A stretch of DNA of 64,000 bases from Cyanophora paradoxa CCMP329 (lineage: Eukaryota > Plantae > Glaucophyta), in NCBI GenBank assembly GCA_004431415.1, contig QPMI01000429.1, positions 1-64,000 on the forward strand. The letters are read 5' to 3'. The notes under the pieces were generated by a model. The model saw only the letters and a list, made by a program, of their open reading frames with translations, did not search any database and was not told the origin of the DNA. Numbering within the stretch: the stretch's first letter is position 1; each line of letters begins with the position of its first letter. The position numbers were made by a program, and so were the translations under genes. Of this stretch, positions 1-10,509 are shown one piece after another.

Positions 1-23
1 GAGTCCTCTTTTAGAATCTGTGA

Positions 24-134
24 AAAAATGAGTCAACTCCCCCACTTAGTCAACCTAATCGATAAATAAACCATAAATAAAAGACTGTTTGGGTCTTTTA
101 TGATTAAATTTGAGTCAACCTGTGAGTCCACTTT
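24..134. repeat. Block of GAGTC(A/C)AC iteron-like motifs, diverged relative of 18901-19011 (inverted) and 19055-19088 (direct)
   Basis: aaaaaatgagtcaactcccccacttagtcaacc ... cttttatgattaaatttgagtcaacctgtgagtccacttt aligns by eye with the reverse complement of 18901-19011. Confidence 0.85.
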
Positions 135-143
135 TGAGTAAAC

Positions 144-2712
144 CTAAAACTTCAACATCAGATCATAATCTGATGCATCAGGATCAGCAGCAGGTAGTTC
201 TTGTTTCATCCTTGGATTAGCTTCTTCCTCAATGGTCTCCATTACAAGCTTCATCTTTCTGAATTCCTCAAATACTTGTGGGAAGAAATGATAGTATTGT
301 TTACCATTTGTAGTTTTCACTTGGATATATGTAACACTTCGCATTTTGTATAATATCTGCGACTTATAATCGTTTTATATTATTTGCTGGTAATGAACTC
401 CTGGAACCATTTCCAGGTTTCCACAAGGCTACCAGACTTGCATTTATTCTCGGAAATTAAGCCTCGATCACCAAGCCACTTAGTGAACATAGGATGATTG
501 GGCGCACCTGCTGGGCTAAATAGTATTTATTTGTAAGGGGTCTATCAGCAATCCAGTTCACATCCTCACTCAACTTTGGTTCTCAAATAGTGGGCAATGT
601 TTCGAATATTGCAGTGATCATTAAGCCATATTTACAAGTGGAAGGAAGTATGACCTATCCTTTGCGAATTTCTTACTAACTTCAACAACCACAAATCGCC
701 TATCTCCAGCTTCAATTTTAACTGGAATGTTGTTATTGCTGGTGAATATAATCCTGGCAAAGTTGCTTTTTGTGTATGAATCTATCCCTTTGTGTTCAAT
801 ACAATCTTATCAGAAGTTAATGAGATCTTTAAGCATATCATTATTTTCGAATGTGTCCTTGCCTGAGGCTTCATTCACAACAATAAGATCTTATCCTCTC
901 TATTGTGGGCAAATCGACCAAACAGATCCTCTTTTGGCTTACCAGTTGCATAACTCAGGGCATCTCCAAGTATCTTCTTTTGGAAAGTATCAACCAACAC
1001 ATTCTTACCAGTTCCCTGTTCACCAATGAAGATTAAGGATACTCCATTGAGTTCCCCAGGCTTTTGCAGCATGTGGGCAAACCATTTCAACAGATATTCA
1101 TAGGTATTTTGATCCTCACCAGACATTAAGAACAAGTGATCAAGGAAAGGCTTAATCATCTCAGCAGTTACATCCTCTGGAGCATTTTCGAATTGCTGAT
1201 GGTCGACCTTCATTCCTGGATAGAGATTAAATACAGACTTGCATTTTGCACTGAGAGTAGCAGGAGGGGGAGGAAATCCATGTAAGTTGATCTTGTGGCT
1301 GTTGGATCCACAATCCATTTCCTAAATGATTGCTCCCATTTCTCTTTCTCATTATCTGTCCCCTCATTCACAATCACCTTATGCATCAAGTGGGGGAAAT
1401 GCTTTGTAGAGAGTTTTCCCAATATCTTTGGGCATCCAGCAAAGTAGTTGTTCATCCCAGAGCATCACACAACCAACATTTTCAACATGATGCATTCGAG
1501 CATTGAAATACCTCTTATGCACATTGTAATGTTCAGCCAAAGGAGATACTTGCAGTCTTGTAATCGATTTTCATTGTGTCTCTGGTAGGAATGCATACTT
1601 TTTGGGGAAGAGTTCCTTGAAAAGCTCATTGTTATCTTTGCTCAACCAATAAACAAGGATTTGAAGGTCAACACTTTGCCAGGCTCAGCCTTCTTCTTGC
1701 TTCTGCGAGCTGTGTAAACTTTTCTGGCATTCATCATAATCATACTTGTCACTCTGTTCTGAGAATTGGTGGAAGAGTTCAGCCTGCATTTTAGGGGTAA
1801 ATTTGTTGTCTTCCCAACATTGATGATGACCAGTCCAACATCATCCAAGTCTTATACTCGCTGGCTCTTTCAGCATTGAGACCCATTATAACACTTTGTA
1901 GCAGTTCGAAAGTAACAGGATTTTCGGGTTCAGTGTCTTTTTCAGCTTCTACCTTCTCAGTCTTCACTTTATCACTTTTTGGCTCCTTTTTAACTGGTTT
2001 TGGCTCAGGAGTATAATTTGCAAATGCAGAAATATTTGATTCATCACAAGTTTAGTAGTAGCTGAGAGTAAGATACAAAGAAGTCCTCATTTCGCATTAA
2101 CACTTTGTCACAGTCAACGAATTTCTTAAAGCAAACGTTTTTATCAACATCTTTTTTCGACTTATTTTGAGCATCCAGAGTCTCACCTTTGCAGCAATTG
2201 AGGCAGATTAGGTTCTGTGTGGAGCTGTAAACTCCACTGTCATAATCCTCATTTTTCACCAATCCCATCGCTTTGAAAAGCTTGGGGATATCTTCATGTT
2301 TGCATGCAAGCGACTTAATGATAAAGTGGGCTGAGATCTTGAACTTGGTGACATCCTCCTTGATCAAATAAACCCTTCTATGGCGAACTGCAACAGCAAT
2401 ATCGTTAATTGAAGTGGTCCCAGATCGCTTCCATAGCTTATCTCTCATCTCTCTTACAACAGTTTCCGCCTCAGCATAGTTATCAGCAATGTTCTCCTTC
2501 AAATCAGCGAATTTATCCAGGTCCAGGTAAACTCTGGTCACTTGCTCAGGTTGAATGCATTCAGCCCAGGTCTTAACCTTGCTATTATCAATAGCTTCAA
2601 GGGCATCTTCGGCGGAATCAAATACATGGGTGACCTTGTTGCGATCACCAATGAGAGTACTAAGGAATGTAGCATTTTCAACAGGGGTGGCGAATTTCTC
2701 GATTTTGTTCAT
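144..2712 (-). CDS. AEP primase - D5-like superfamily 3 helicase fusion, split by several frameshifts (main fragments 2044-2712, 1210-1455, 875-1318, 144-344)
   Basis: N-terminal RVYLDLD / KISAH / DSGVYS..Q AEP motifs; helicase part FNLY..., FLDHL...YLLKWFAHMLQKP, Walker A GEQGTGKN; continuing off-frame into VNEA (Walker B), IIFTSNNNIP and GDRRFVV. Confidence 0.88.
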
Positions 2713-2851
2713 TTTCGATTTTGGGGGACTTCTACCTTTAACGAAGAAAATAATTTCGGAAGGAGGAATTGTCTTTTATATATATCCTATTATTTGCCAA
2801 GTCCTTAAGTAGTTTTGGGTCGGGATACTGTCTCGATATATAGGTACAGTT

Positions 2852-3256
2852 TTAAAAAAGAGGGAAGAAAGCTGTCATTTTTTTGCCTCCGATCAAATCG
2901 ATTTCTACAAAATTTGTTTCGATCGAGAATTTATTCTTCGATATATTTCCGAGGTCTTCCAACCGGTTTATGCTCTTTGGGTTTCTTGGCTGTTCATCTT
3001 TCTTCTTGTGGTAATATTCCAGCGCTTTTGCCTTTTTTTGCTCGCGATATTCTTCATTTTCCCTGTATTTCCTCTGGTGTCTGAGGGCAATCTTTTTGAG
3101 TTCTTCTGGTGTGTGAACTGTAGCGGCTCCTTGGGATAATCGTTCCTGCTTCTTTTTATGATAGGCTTCGCGTTTTCTTTGGGCATCTTGCTCCCTTTTC
3201 AGTCTCAGCTTCTCTGCTTTTTCATCATCTGTGAGTATCTTGCGGATATTCGGCAT
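2852..3256 (-). CDS. Small basic coiled-coil protein, possible DNA-binding
   Basis: 134-aa K/R/E-rich ORF with RKYRENEEYREQKKAKALEYYHKKK; TAAAG upstream of ATG. Confidence 0.6.
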   Translation of the reverse strand: MPNIRKILTDDEKAEKLRLKREQDAQRKREAYHKKKQERLSQGAATVHTPEELKKIALRHQRKYRENEEYREQKKAKALEYYHKKKDEQPRNPKSINRLEDLGNISKNKFSIETNFVEIDLIGGKKMTAFFPLF

Positions 3257-3407
3257 TTCTCTTTAATAGTAGATACGAAAATAATTTTTCCTCAATACAA
3301 TCTATCTACTTTTTCCTTAAGTCATTTTTGTTGCGAACACCAGTTCCTGTCTGTAAACTTTTATAGCTGCCTCAGTGGCATACTGAGACCGCTTTTTCTC
3401 AATTATC

Positions 3408-3653
3408 TTATAGACCTGGGGGTCCATTGCTACTTTCAGTAGGCAAATAATATTTAATTGGTCTACCTCTGGGTCTCTGCTCCTCTTTTTGGGCTTTTCT
3501 GCGATAATAGGATGCCAGGGCTTGCTGCTTTTTATACTCTCTATATGCTGGGTCCTCTCTATATCGTTTCTGCATTGCTAGAATGTGTCTAATAGAACCC
3601 TCAGTAACAGGTTCATCACTGGTAAACTCGATTAAACTAATAGTGTCCTCCAT
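3408..3653 (-). CDS. Small basic protein with AT-hook-like RPRGRP; paralogue of 2852-3256
   Basis: QKRYREDPAYREYKKQQALASYYRRK aligns with the 2852-3256 motif; RPRGRP follows. Confidence 0.6.
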   Translation of the reverse strand: MEDTISLIEFTSDEPVTEGSIRHILAMQKRYREDPAYREYKKQQALASYYRRKAQKEEQRPRGRPIKYYLPTESSNGPPGL

Positions 3654-3908
3654 TTATATTCCCAGAGAAAACGTTTTCTGCTGGCAGAGAACTTCTCCTT
3701 GGATACTCCTGTTGCTCATATGTATACTCTGTGGGGTCTGCTGGCATTGACTCCACAGAAATCGTAGACCTCCTTCTCTCTCTTGCTTCTGAGGCATTAT
3801 CCTCAGTATCTGACATCTCAAACTCCACTCTTGTCTCACAGCATCCACTGTGGCAATTGCTCACCACATGCAGACTGAACATCTCGAAAACTTTCGTATT
3901 ATATCCAT
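3637..3908 (-). CDS. Small hypothetical protein with CHSGCC motif (probable 5' frameshift)
   Basis: ORF 3637-3882 plus upstream out-of-frame ATG at 3908; overlaps the start of the next gene. Confidence 0.4.
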
Positions 3909-4038
3909 GTCTCTAATAAAACAGAGATAATTAAAGCCAAACTCGTCTTTTATATACTGTGGGAGCTACTCCTTTTCTACTTCAGCTTAGTGGCACCAGG
4001 TTCAATGGTTCCCTTCTGGGTCTTTGTTTTCATTTCAT

Positions 4039-4659
4039 CTACTGCCTGCTCATCGATTTGGGTTCTTTCTTAGCAATAAACTGTTTATCTGGGACACCAG
4101 TAATGCCCATTTTATAAACTTCCTTTCGAAGCATCTCCTTTAGCTTGGCTCTCTCTTTCTTCTCAGTAACATACTGCTCCAAGGCACTTGATTTGGCTTC
4201 CAGATCTTTGAGTTTAGCAGTCATCTCATCCCATTGAGCCTTGGGAATTCGATGAATATTTTGAGTGGGAGCAGTCTTATATGTGACTTCACCAGCCATA
4301 GACTGGATTACCTTGTCTGATTCTTTACTGAGACCCTCACCTTTGCGAGCCAGTGATAGATCTTGCAAGCCTAAACCTTTATCATCAGCAGCACAATAAT
4401 TCGCCTGGCTCCTCAGCAACAGCCTTCATCTTTGAGGCTTCAGGTGAAATGTTGAGTTGGTCACTGGTTGAAGCCTGTGGGGCTTTGTCATCAAATGATT
4501 CCTCATAGGCAGCATTGAGGGGGTCTTCTTGTTGTTGAGAGGGCTTCACTTCATTCATACCATTGAATTTCAGTGGGTCTGTGTTAATGGATCCATTGTT
4601 TCCACCACCTGAATAGCAACAGCCCCAGCTGGGATCCCTATCTTTCGTTTGGGAGGCAT
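4039..4659 (-). CDS. Hypothetical viral protein (frameshifted; starts MPPKRK)
   Basis: ATG at 4659 preceded by AATAAAG; C-terminal fragment is ORF 4039-4419 with a coiled coil; NLS-like PKRK. Confidence 0.45.
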
Positions 4660-4773
4660 TGTATCTTTATTAGAATGAGAGATAATTTTATAAACCGCGT
4701 TTATATCGCATCAATTTATTGCTATGGACTTGGCTTTTCACTTCTTTGGGGGCTTCCTCTTTCTCTGGTGGTT

Positions 4774-5466
4774 TCAGTTCATCTTCTTTCTTTTTGGCTT
4801 CCTGTGGAAGCGAGGAAATGGGAAATCTTTCACAAGCTCAGCTTTATCTACATAGTATTTAACTGAGTAGTTTGCAGAGGACCAAATGATATACTGATAG
4901 GAGTGAACATACTCTTCAAACATCTTGTAGAAATCCTCTTTATTTCGCATTATATTGTATTCTTCCTCTATGGCTTCCAGTTCTTTGCGATTTGCAGCAC
5001 TTAGAAACATTGCATAATCGAATTTACTCGAATAGTCGAAGAGACTTTTCTTAGCTTTTGTGTGATGCAGATAATGGATATTTTCGAATGGCGACCTCTG
5101 GAATACAGAGATCCGATTATTTTATCCTTGTGAGATCGACTATCTCATTATCGATTAATCATCTAAAACCACACACAATTGGTTAACAGGTTCACCTTTC
5201 TCTATTTTCTCTTGCCTCTCATCTAGCAATTTAGCAATGTAAGGGGCATCCCATTTTCCCAGTTGCAGTGTTGCCACTTTATCCCAGAAATGATTGAAGC
5301 TGGTTCCACTCACAACTAATACAACATCAATCTTTTTGGCATCATGTAATTGCTTTAACCAATACTTCACAGCTTCTGATTTACCAGTTGCTGATTTTCC
5401 TATTGCCAATACACGAAATGGTGGTTCTATCATTTCACCAGCCACAAATTCATCCAAATCAGTCAT
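4774..5466 (-). CDS. A32/FtsK-like DNA packaging ATPase (frameshifted)
   Basis: Walker A GKSATGKS, Walker B LCVVLDD; manual translation past the break gives LYSRGRHSKISIICITQK...TIRVN (A32 GRH...Q...R.N motif), then ORF 4774-5010. Confidence 0.92.
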
Positions 5467-5531
5467 TGTTGTATATCTTTCTTAATAAAGACATATAAAA
5501 ATAATGCAGGGAGACTGAAAATCGTAACAAT

Positions 5532-6898
5532 CTATAAATTAATTCTGCGTAAACCATCTTTGTCGACAATAATAAAGCTATGCATGAGAGCGCGAACATT
5601 AACATCGATTACCTTATCTGAAGGCATGTAGAGGGTGAGGAATGAAGAGGAGGAATTTGTTAAATCAACATAACCAGACTGGGCAATATTTCGAATCGCC
5701 TTTTCTCCATCAAGGCAGAAAGGCAATCCTGAAAGGACATAGCGATCAGCAACCTTATCCATGTTAGAGCATTTGAAGGCATCAGCAATTAGCTCAGCAC
5801 CTTTGAGTAGGGAAATTGGCTCAGTGGCAAAAAGTCGCTGACCATTTATTTCAGTTGTAAATGTTATGTCTTTGGAGTTGGCATAGGTCTTAAGAACACT
5901 GTGGGAGCCATTGGATTTGTCAACAGTTGCATTATCACGAACTGAAACAAGCAGAGCATATACAAGACCTGAGATTTGAGAGAGGTTAATTCGATTGGGT
6001 TGGGCATTGCCCTTAGCAGGGAAAGCAATAGCATCAACAAATCCAATATCAAGGGAGGGAATAGCCATGCCAGTAGTCTTAACTTTTTCAATTACAGTAG
6101 CGAAAAGCTCATCAGAAACATTAATAGCATGCATATAAAGGCGAGGAGAAGTAATTGAAATTTCAGGAGTTGTTGCACCAAGAGTAAAGTCTGTGATGTT
6201 TTGACCAACATTTGCCAGAACAGTTTCAGCAGGGGCAGTTCCAAGACCATCATCTTTTGAATAATCTACATCAGCTGCTGCAACAGTAAGACCACGACCA
6301 CCATAGGATGTTTCAACATAGCCTTTTCCAACATCCTTAAACAAACAGTAACAACCATTTCACCAGATAAAGCACCAAGGGGAAGGTAGTGATTTAGCCA
6401 AGGCACTGGAATTTCAACGAAAAATGAGCCACCAAGTCGGTTGGTTCCATGAGCAGGGATGCCATGAACCATGCCCATTGATCGTTTCTTTTTAGCTAGT
6501 TGATCCTCGAATAATAGACCAGGGGAAATGAGCAAGGAAATCAGATGGAATATGGTAGGTGTAAGATCCATAGGTAATTTCAAGTCGCTGAACTAAAGCA
6601 CCAACTGGGCGAGTGTATCCATTGCGAACTAGATCAGTATCACCAGCAAAAGTGATAGCTGGAAGGTCAAAAGCAAGTTCGAGTTTTCCACAGAAATTGT
6701 AGCGAGTAGCTTGAAGGAAATGCGATTTCCTACATTATTTGTGAAAGTATTACTAGGATTCACAACAACTAGAACTGGCTTAGACTTGGATTCGAGACCA
6801 AGCATAAGGGAGTTATCCAGGAAAAAGGCTTTCGCCTCCTCTGGGGTTGTTAGGGCTTCTTTCAGCGAAAGTCTTTGAAGAGTGGAAGTGATATCCAT
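5532..6898 (-). CDS. Probable double-jelly-roll major capsid protein (frameshifted; fragments 6629-6898, 6266-6583, 5532-6344)
   Basis: About 450 codons in total, beta-strand-like composition, motifs such as RISFKL, FFVEIPVPWL..YLPL.AL..EMVV and ISITSPRLYMH; lies between ATPase and penton as in PLVs. Confidence 0.72.
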
Positions 6899-6951
6899 TA
6901 TATTCTCTTTTATTATACTGCAACATAAAAAATCTACCAATGATCCTTAAT

Positions 6952-7962
6952 TTATGCGAAGTTTGTAATAACTGGATAGGAAGGGTGAAGCTGCGACATT
7001 CTCATCTTATAGTATTCATAAACTGGGTCCCCAGCTGGCTCATCACCATAGCGAATTTCAAAGGTAAGATGAACAGGTTGACCCTCGAAATCAATTGGTT
7101 CATTAACAGCATTCACAATATCAACCGAGAAAGTGGATAATCCAACCTTCTTATTATAGTATTTGTAAAGTGGATGAGCCTCTGTCGAATTGTAAACTAC
7201 ATGCTCACCATAATCTTTGTCAGGGACCACTATTTTATGGAAGTAACCAGTCAGGAGACCATCCCCACATTGCACCAGATCACCCAGCTCCTTTACTCTC
7301 ACAAACAAAACACTGTCCCTGGTCATTTCAGGCTCAAATGAAGATATAATACCGTTTACTCGAGTTCCAGTAAAGATTCCATCAGTGAGAGCATCATAGA
7401 CCTGTGATTTGATTGGGGAATTACCATATCTTCCAGGATCAAGACCAAAAAGTCGAGCTGAGCTTAACAGCTTTTGGATTGTTTTCAGGTTTGGGTCTAC
7501 AGCAAGTGAGAAAGCCAGGTAAAACTTTTTTTCGGAATGGAATATAATTCGTTTCAGTGACTCATCCCATTTGCAGCGAACAGATGGTTTAGGATTTCTG
7601 TCATTAAACTTTTCATTTATAACATTCACCAGCTGTTGGTGGTTTTGAATGGGGGTTTCGCGATTTACAATGAATTGTTTCCATTGTTCAAAATCAGCAG
7701 CTGGGCGAGTTGTTGGAATTCCTGTAGTTCCAGCTCCCGCAAGCTCTTCAGAATAATAAATACTAAAAGTGTTGTCAACTGTTATATCTCCTGCTTTGGT
7801 TTCACCACTCACCATAGGGATGCTGTTATAAAATTCGGCTGAGACCAGTCTCACAGCCCTCACATTCTCATAAGTACTGGGGAGTCTAGCCACAAAGCTT
7901 GATGTGGGACCATCACCAGAGATTGTATTAAATGAGCTAACCTCGATGTAATCCACAGGCAT
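6952..7962 (-). CDS. Minor capsid protein / penton-like (single jelly roll) 1
   Basis: N-terminal IEVSS...SSFVARLP..YENV.AVRLVSAEF.NS and C-terminal LSTFSVDIVN....IDFEG.PVHLTFEI, typical of PLV/NCLDV penton proteins; intact 336 aa. Confidence 0.82.
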   Translation of the reverse strand: MPVDYIEVSSFNTISGDGPTSSFVARLPSTYENVRAVRLVSAEFYNSIPMVSGETKAGDITVDNTFSIYYSEELAGAGTTGIPTTRPAADFEQWKQFIVNRETPIQNHQQLVNVINEKFNDRNPKPSVRCKWDESLKRIIFHSEKKFYLAFSLAVDPNLKTIQKLLSSARLFGLDPGRYGNSPIKSQVYDALTDGIFTGTRVNGIISSFEPEMTRDSVLFVRVKELGDLVQCGDGLLTGYFHKIVVPDKDYGEHVVYNSTEAHPLYKYYNKKVGLSTFSVDIVNAVNEPIDFEGQPVHLTFEIRYGDEPAGDPVYEYYKMRMSQLHPSYPVITNFA

Positions 7963-7991
7963 TCTTCTTTTATCTATATTTATATATTAAA

Positions 7992-8922
7992 ATGAACCGG
8001 CTCGTTAATATTGATAGCAGGGATAGAAGCCAAGGACAAAATGAAAACTCTTACAGGGTCACCCTCACAACTCCAGTAGAGAGACCAAGGGAATGCAGGG
8101 TTCTATATGCAGAGATTCCAAACAGCATCTATAACAGTGTGGGAACTGATCATCTAACAGTTCAGTTTAATTACCAAGATGGTTCATATAACCAAGTGAT
8201 CACACAACAAGTGTATCCCCTTCCCAGTGGCTACATCAATCAGGGTCATTTTGGGGTAACACACCCTTATAATTATGGGCTGAACTATTCAAGCTTCCAA
8301 ACCATTGCAGGCAAAACAGTAGCTTTTGAGTTCAAGATATTCTATAACCCAACTACCTATAAAGTGGAGTTTTACAGTAACCATGAGTTTCGTTTTATTG
8401 CAAGCAACCAGAGAATAGGGAAGCTTTTGGGTGTGAGTTCTACTGAATACACCAATGGGTATTATAGCACTCCTCCTGTTGGTGGATCACCCTATCGACC
8501 TGAGAACCTGTTAAAGTATGATGGCAAACCTATTACACCTGATCACCCAGCATGGGAACCACCTTTTCAGGACCCAGACTCTCATCTAAGCCCTTGCAAT
8601 ATTATTTTGACAGCAGAAAGATGTCTGATATGAATGCTGAGCAGTATCTATACATGCACATTAAAGAGCTTGCCCCTTTTGCCAGCAGACACAATATAAT
8701 TCCGAAATCGCAACCACATAACCAGGGGCAATCCTTAGATTGCAATTGAGTAAGGATATAGGTGGCTATGTTTACCATAGTGGTGAACATGCAGAATTCA
8801 TTCAGATAAATGACAGAAACCTGGTGATAAGGGAACTCACAGTTGAGTTTAAAGATTACTTTGGTGAACTGATTGATATGAATGGAATCGATAATTCTTT
8901 TCAGTTGGAGTTTATCGAATAA
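7992..8922 (+). CDS. Minor capsid protein / penton-like 2 (frameshifted near 8600 and 8730)
   Basis: VNIDSRDR...YRVTL...VLYAEIPNSIYN at N-terminus; YLYMHIKEL; C-terminal IRELTVEFKDYFGELIDMNGIDNSFQLEF. Confidence 0.85.
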
Positions 8923-10466
8923 AGGCACCTGTAAAGTCAACTCTCATTGTGGGAGCATTCACATACACAAGGGGATAAATGCGAATATATTTAATTCTGA
9001 GAGAAAAACCTATGTAAAAAGCATCCTTGATGCTGAGAGGAAATCCACTCAATAGAGCCATATCACCTGAGTTGTGAGCATTGTTAATGTTCTCACAGAC
9101 ATATATTTTGTTCTGCCCATCTGATCGAATAAAAGACCAGTTGATCCCATCAGTGGATGTTGCCACATTGAAAATCTTAATAAAAGCATTGGTGTCCCCT
9201 GATCCATAGGCAATCACAGAAGAGAGTTCAAAAGTATATGGGAAAGCAACTTGAAGGTATTCAGTGGGGGTTTCCCATATCTGCTCAGGAGCATAGGCTC
9301 CAGCTTCCCAGCCAAATGCTGAAGGTCTAGCCATGAAAGGCTCTTTACCAGTCACAGAGGATGAGGCAGTGAAGGCATCATCTGCAAGCTGATACCAATT
9401 AGCATCCAAAGGTGGTGATGTAGTGAGAGTGGATGAAATGTAAGCCTTTGAAGGGTTCTTTAGTTCATAGTTTGCTACTAGTAGGCTGCAAAGCTTATTG
9501 ATCATATCATTGTTTGCTGCAATGTAGGTTTCTGTGAAAGAAAGCATATCTGGGATTTTAGAAGTGTCATCAAGGGAGCTAACTATATGGTTTGGAAGAG
9601 GCACTGATAGCCTATAGTATCTCCCATAATCCTGATCATAGTTGTAGGGTAACAACTCCTCCATCTTATCAAGGGCAGAAAGCTCACTTGCAGCCATGAG
9701 CATGTTAATCAATGGGCTTCCATCTGTTGAGGCAATCCATGAGAGAATGCCCCAGCTGTTGACAGTCTCATAAGCATAACCCACATAATCAGACTCTAAA
9801 TGTGGGTCCACCTCTCCACAAGAGATACTTATTACTATAATGTCATCATCATCACTGTAAATCTTCTTTGCATGGCTGTAACCACACACACTGGGATTAT
9901 TGTTTCCCGAAATGGCACCATCAATGAGACAGACATATACTCCCCGATTGAAATCAACAATGCTTACAGGAGAGAAATATGTAGGAGCAGCAGAAGTAGC
10001 CCTAGCAGCAATCTTACAAGGCATAAAGTTGTAATTGTTGTCATTTGTGATAAATATTGGTTTCATATTCTGAGTATCAAAGGATGTAATCACAATGTCC
10101 TTTAGGGAATCCTGTATTAGTGATTCACCAGTAACTGAATTGATTGCAGTCTCCAAGGGTCCCACATCATACTTTGTATTAAAAAGGGCATTTTCGATTA
10201 TATTTCGAGGATTTGCGAAAATCAAGGGCAGTTGAGTTAGGTAAATATTGTGTAAATCGTTCGCTGTCAGTTTAGGTTCACCTGGTCTATCAGGATGCCT
10301 TATATTCAAACCTATTGCAATGATCCCACCAGTGGAAGTTCCACTCACAAGATCCACAAGATCGATTATTCTCCTGCCAGTTCGATTTTCGATTTCTTTG
10401 AGCAGCCTGGTTATGATAATGCCCTTGCACCCCGCCAGAAAGACTTAAAACGACCTTGAGAGGCAT
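8912..10466 (-). CDS. Patatin-like phospholipase fused to C-terminal discoidin (F5/8 type C)-like domain
   Basis: True start likely ATG 10466 (MPLKVVLSLSGG-CKG, frameshift in a G run); GTSTG nucleophile elbow, ARATSAAPTYF, DGA; C-terminus FTASSS...EYLQVAF...STDGINWS...KYIRIYP...MRVDF. Confidence 0.9.
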
Positions 10467-10509
10467 CTTTTACTTATCAGGAATTTTATAAATCCATATA
10501 GTAAAAGCC

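Noticed and set aside
1-143. Confirmed left terminal inverted repeat
   Set aside because: Similarity to the right end is limited to motifs, spacers differ, and it matches partly in both orientations; upstream sequence is needed.
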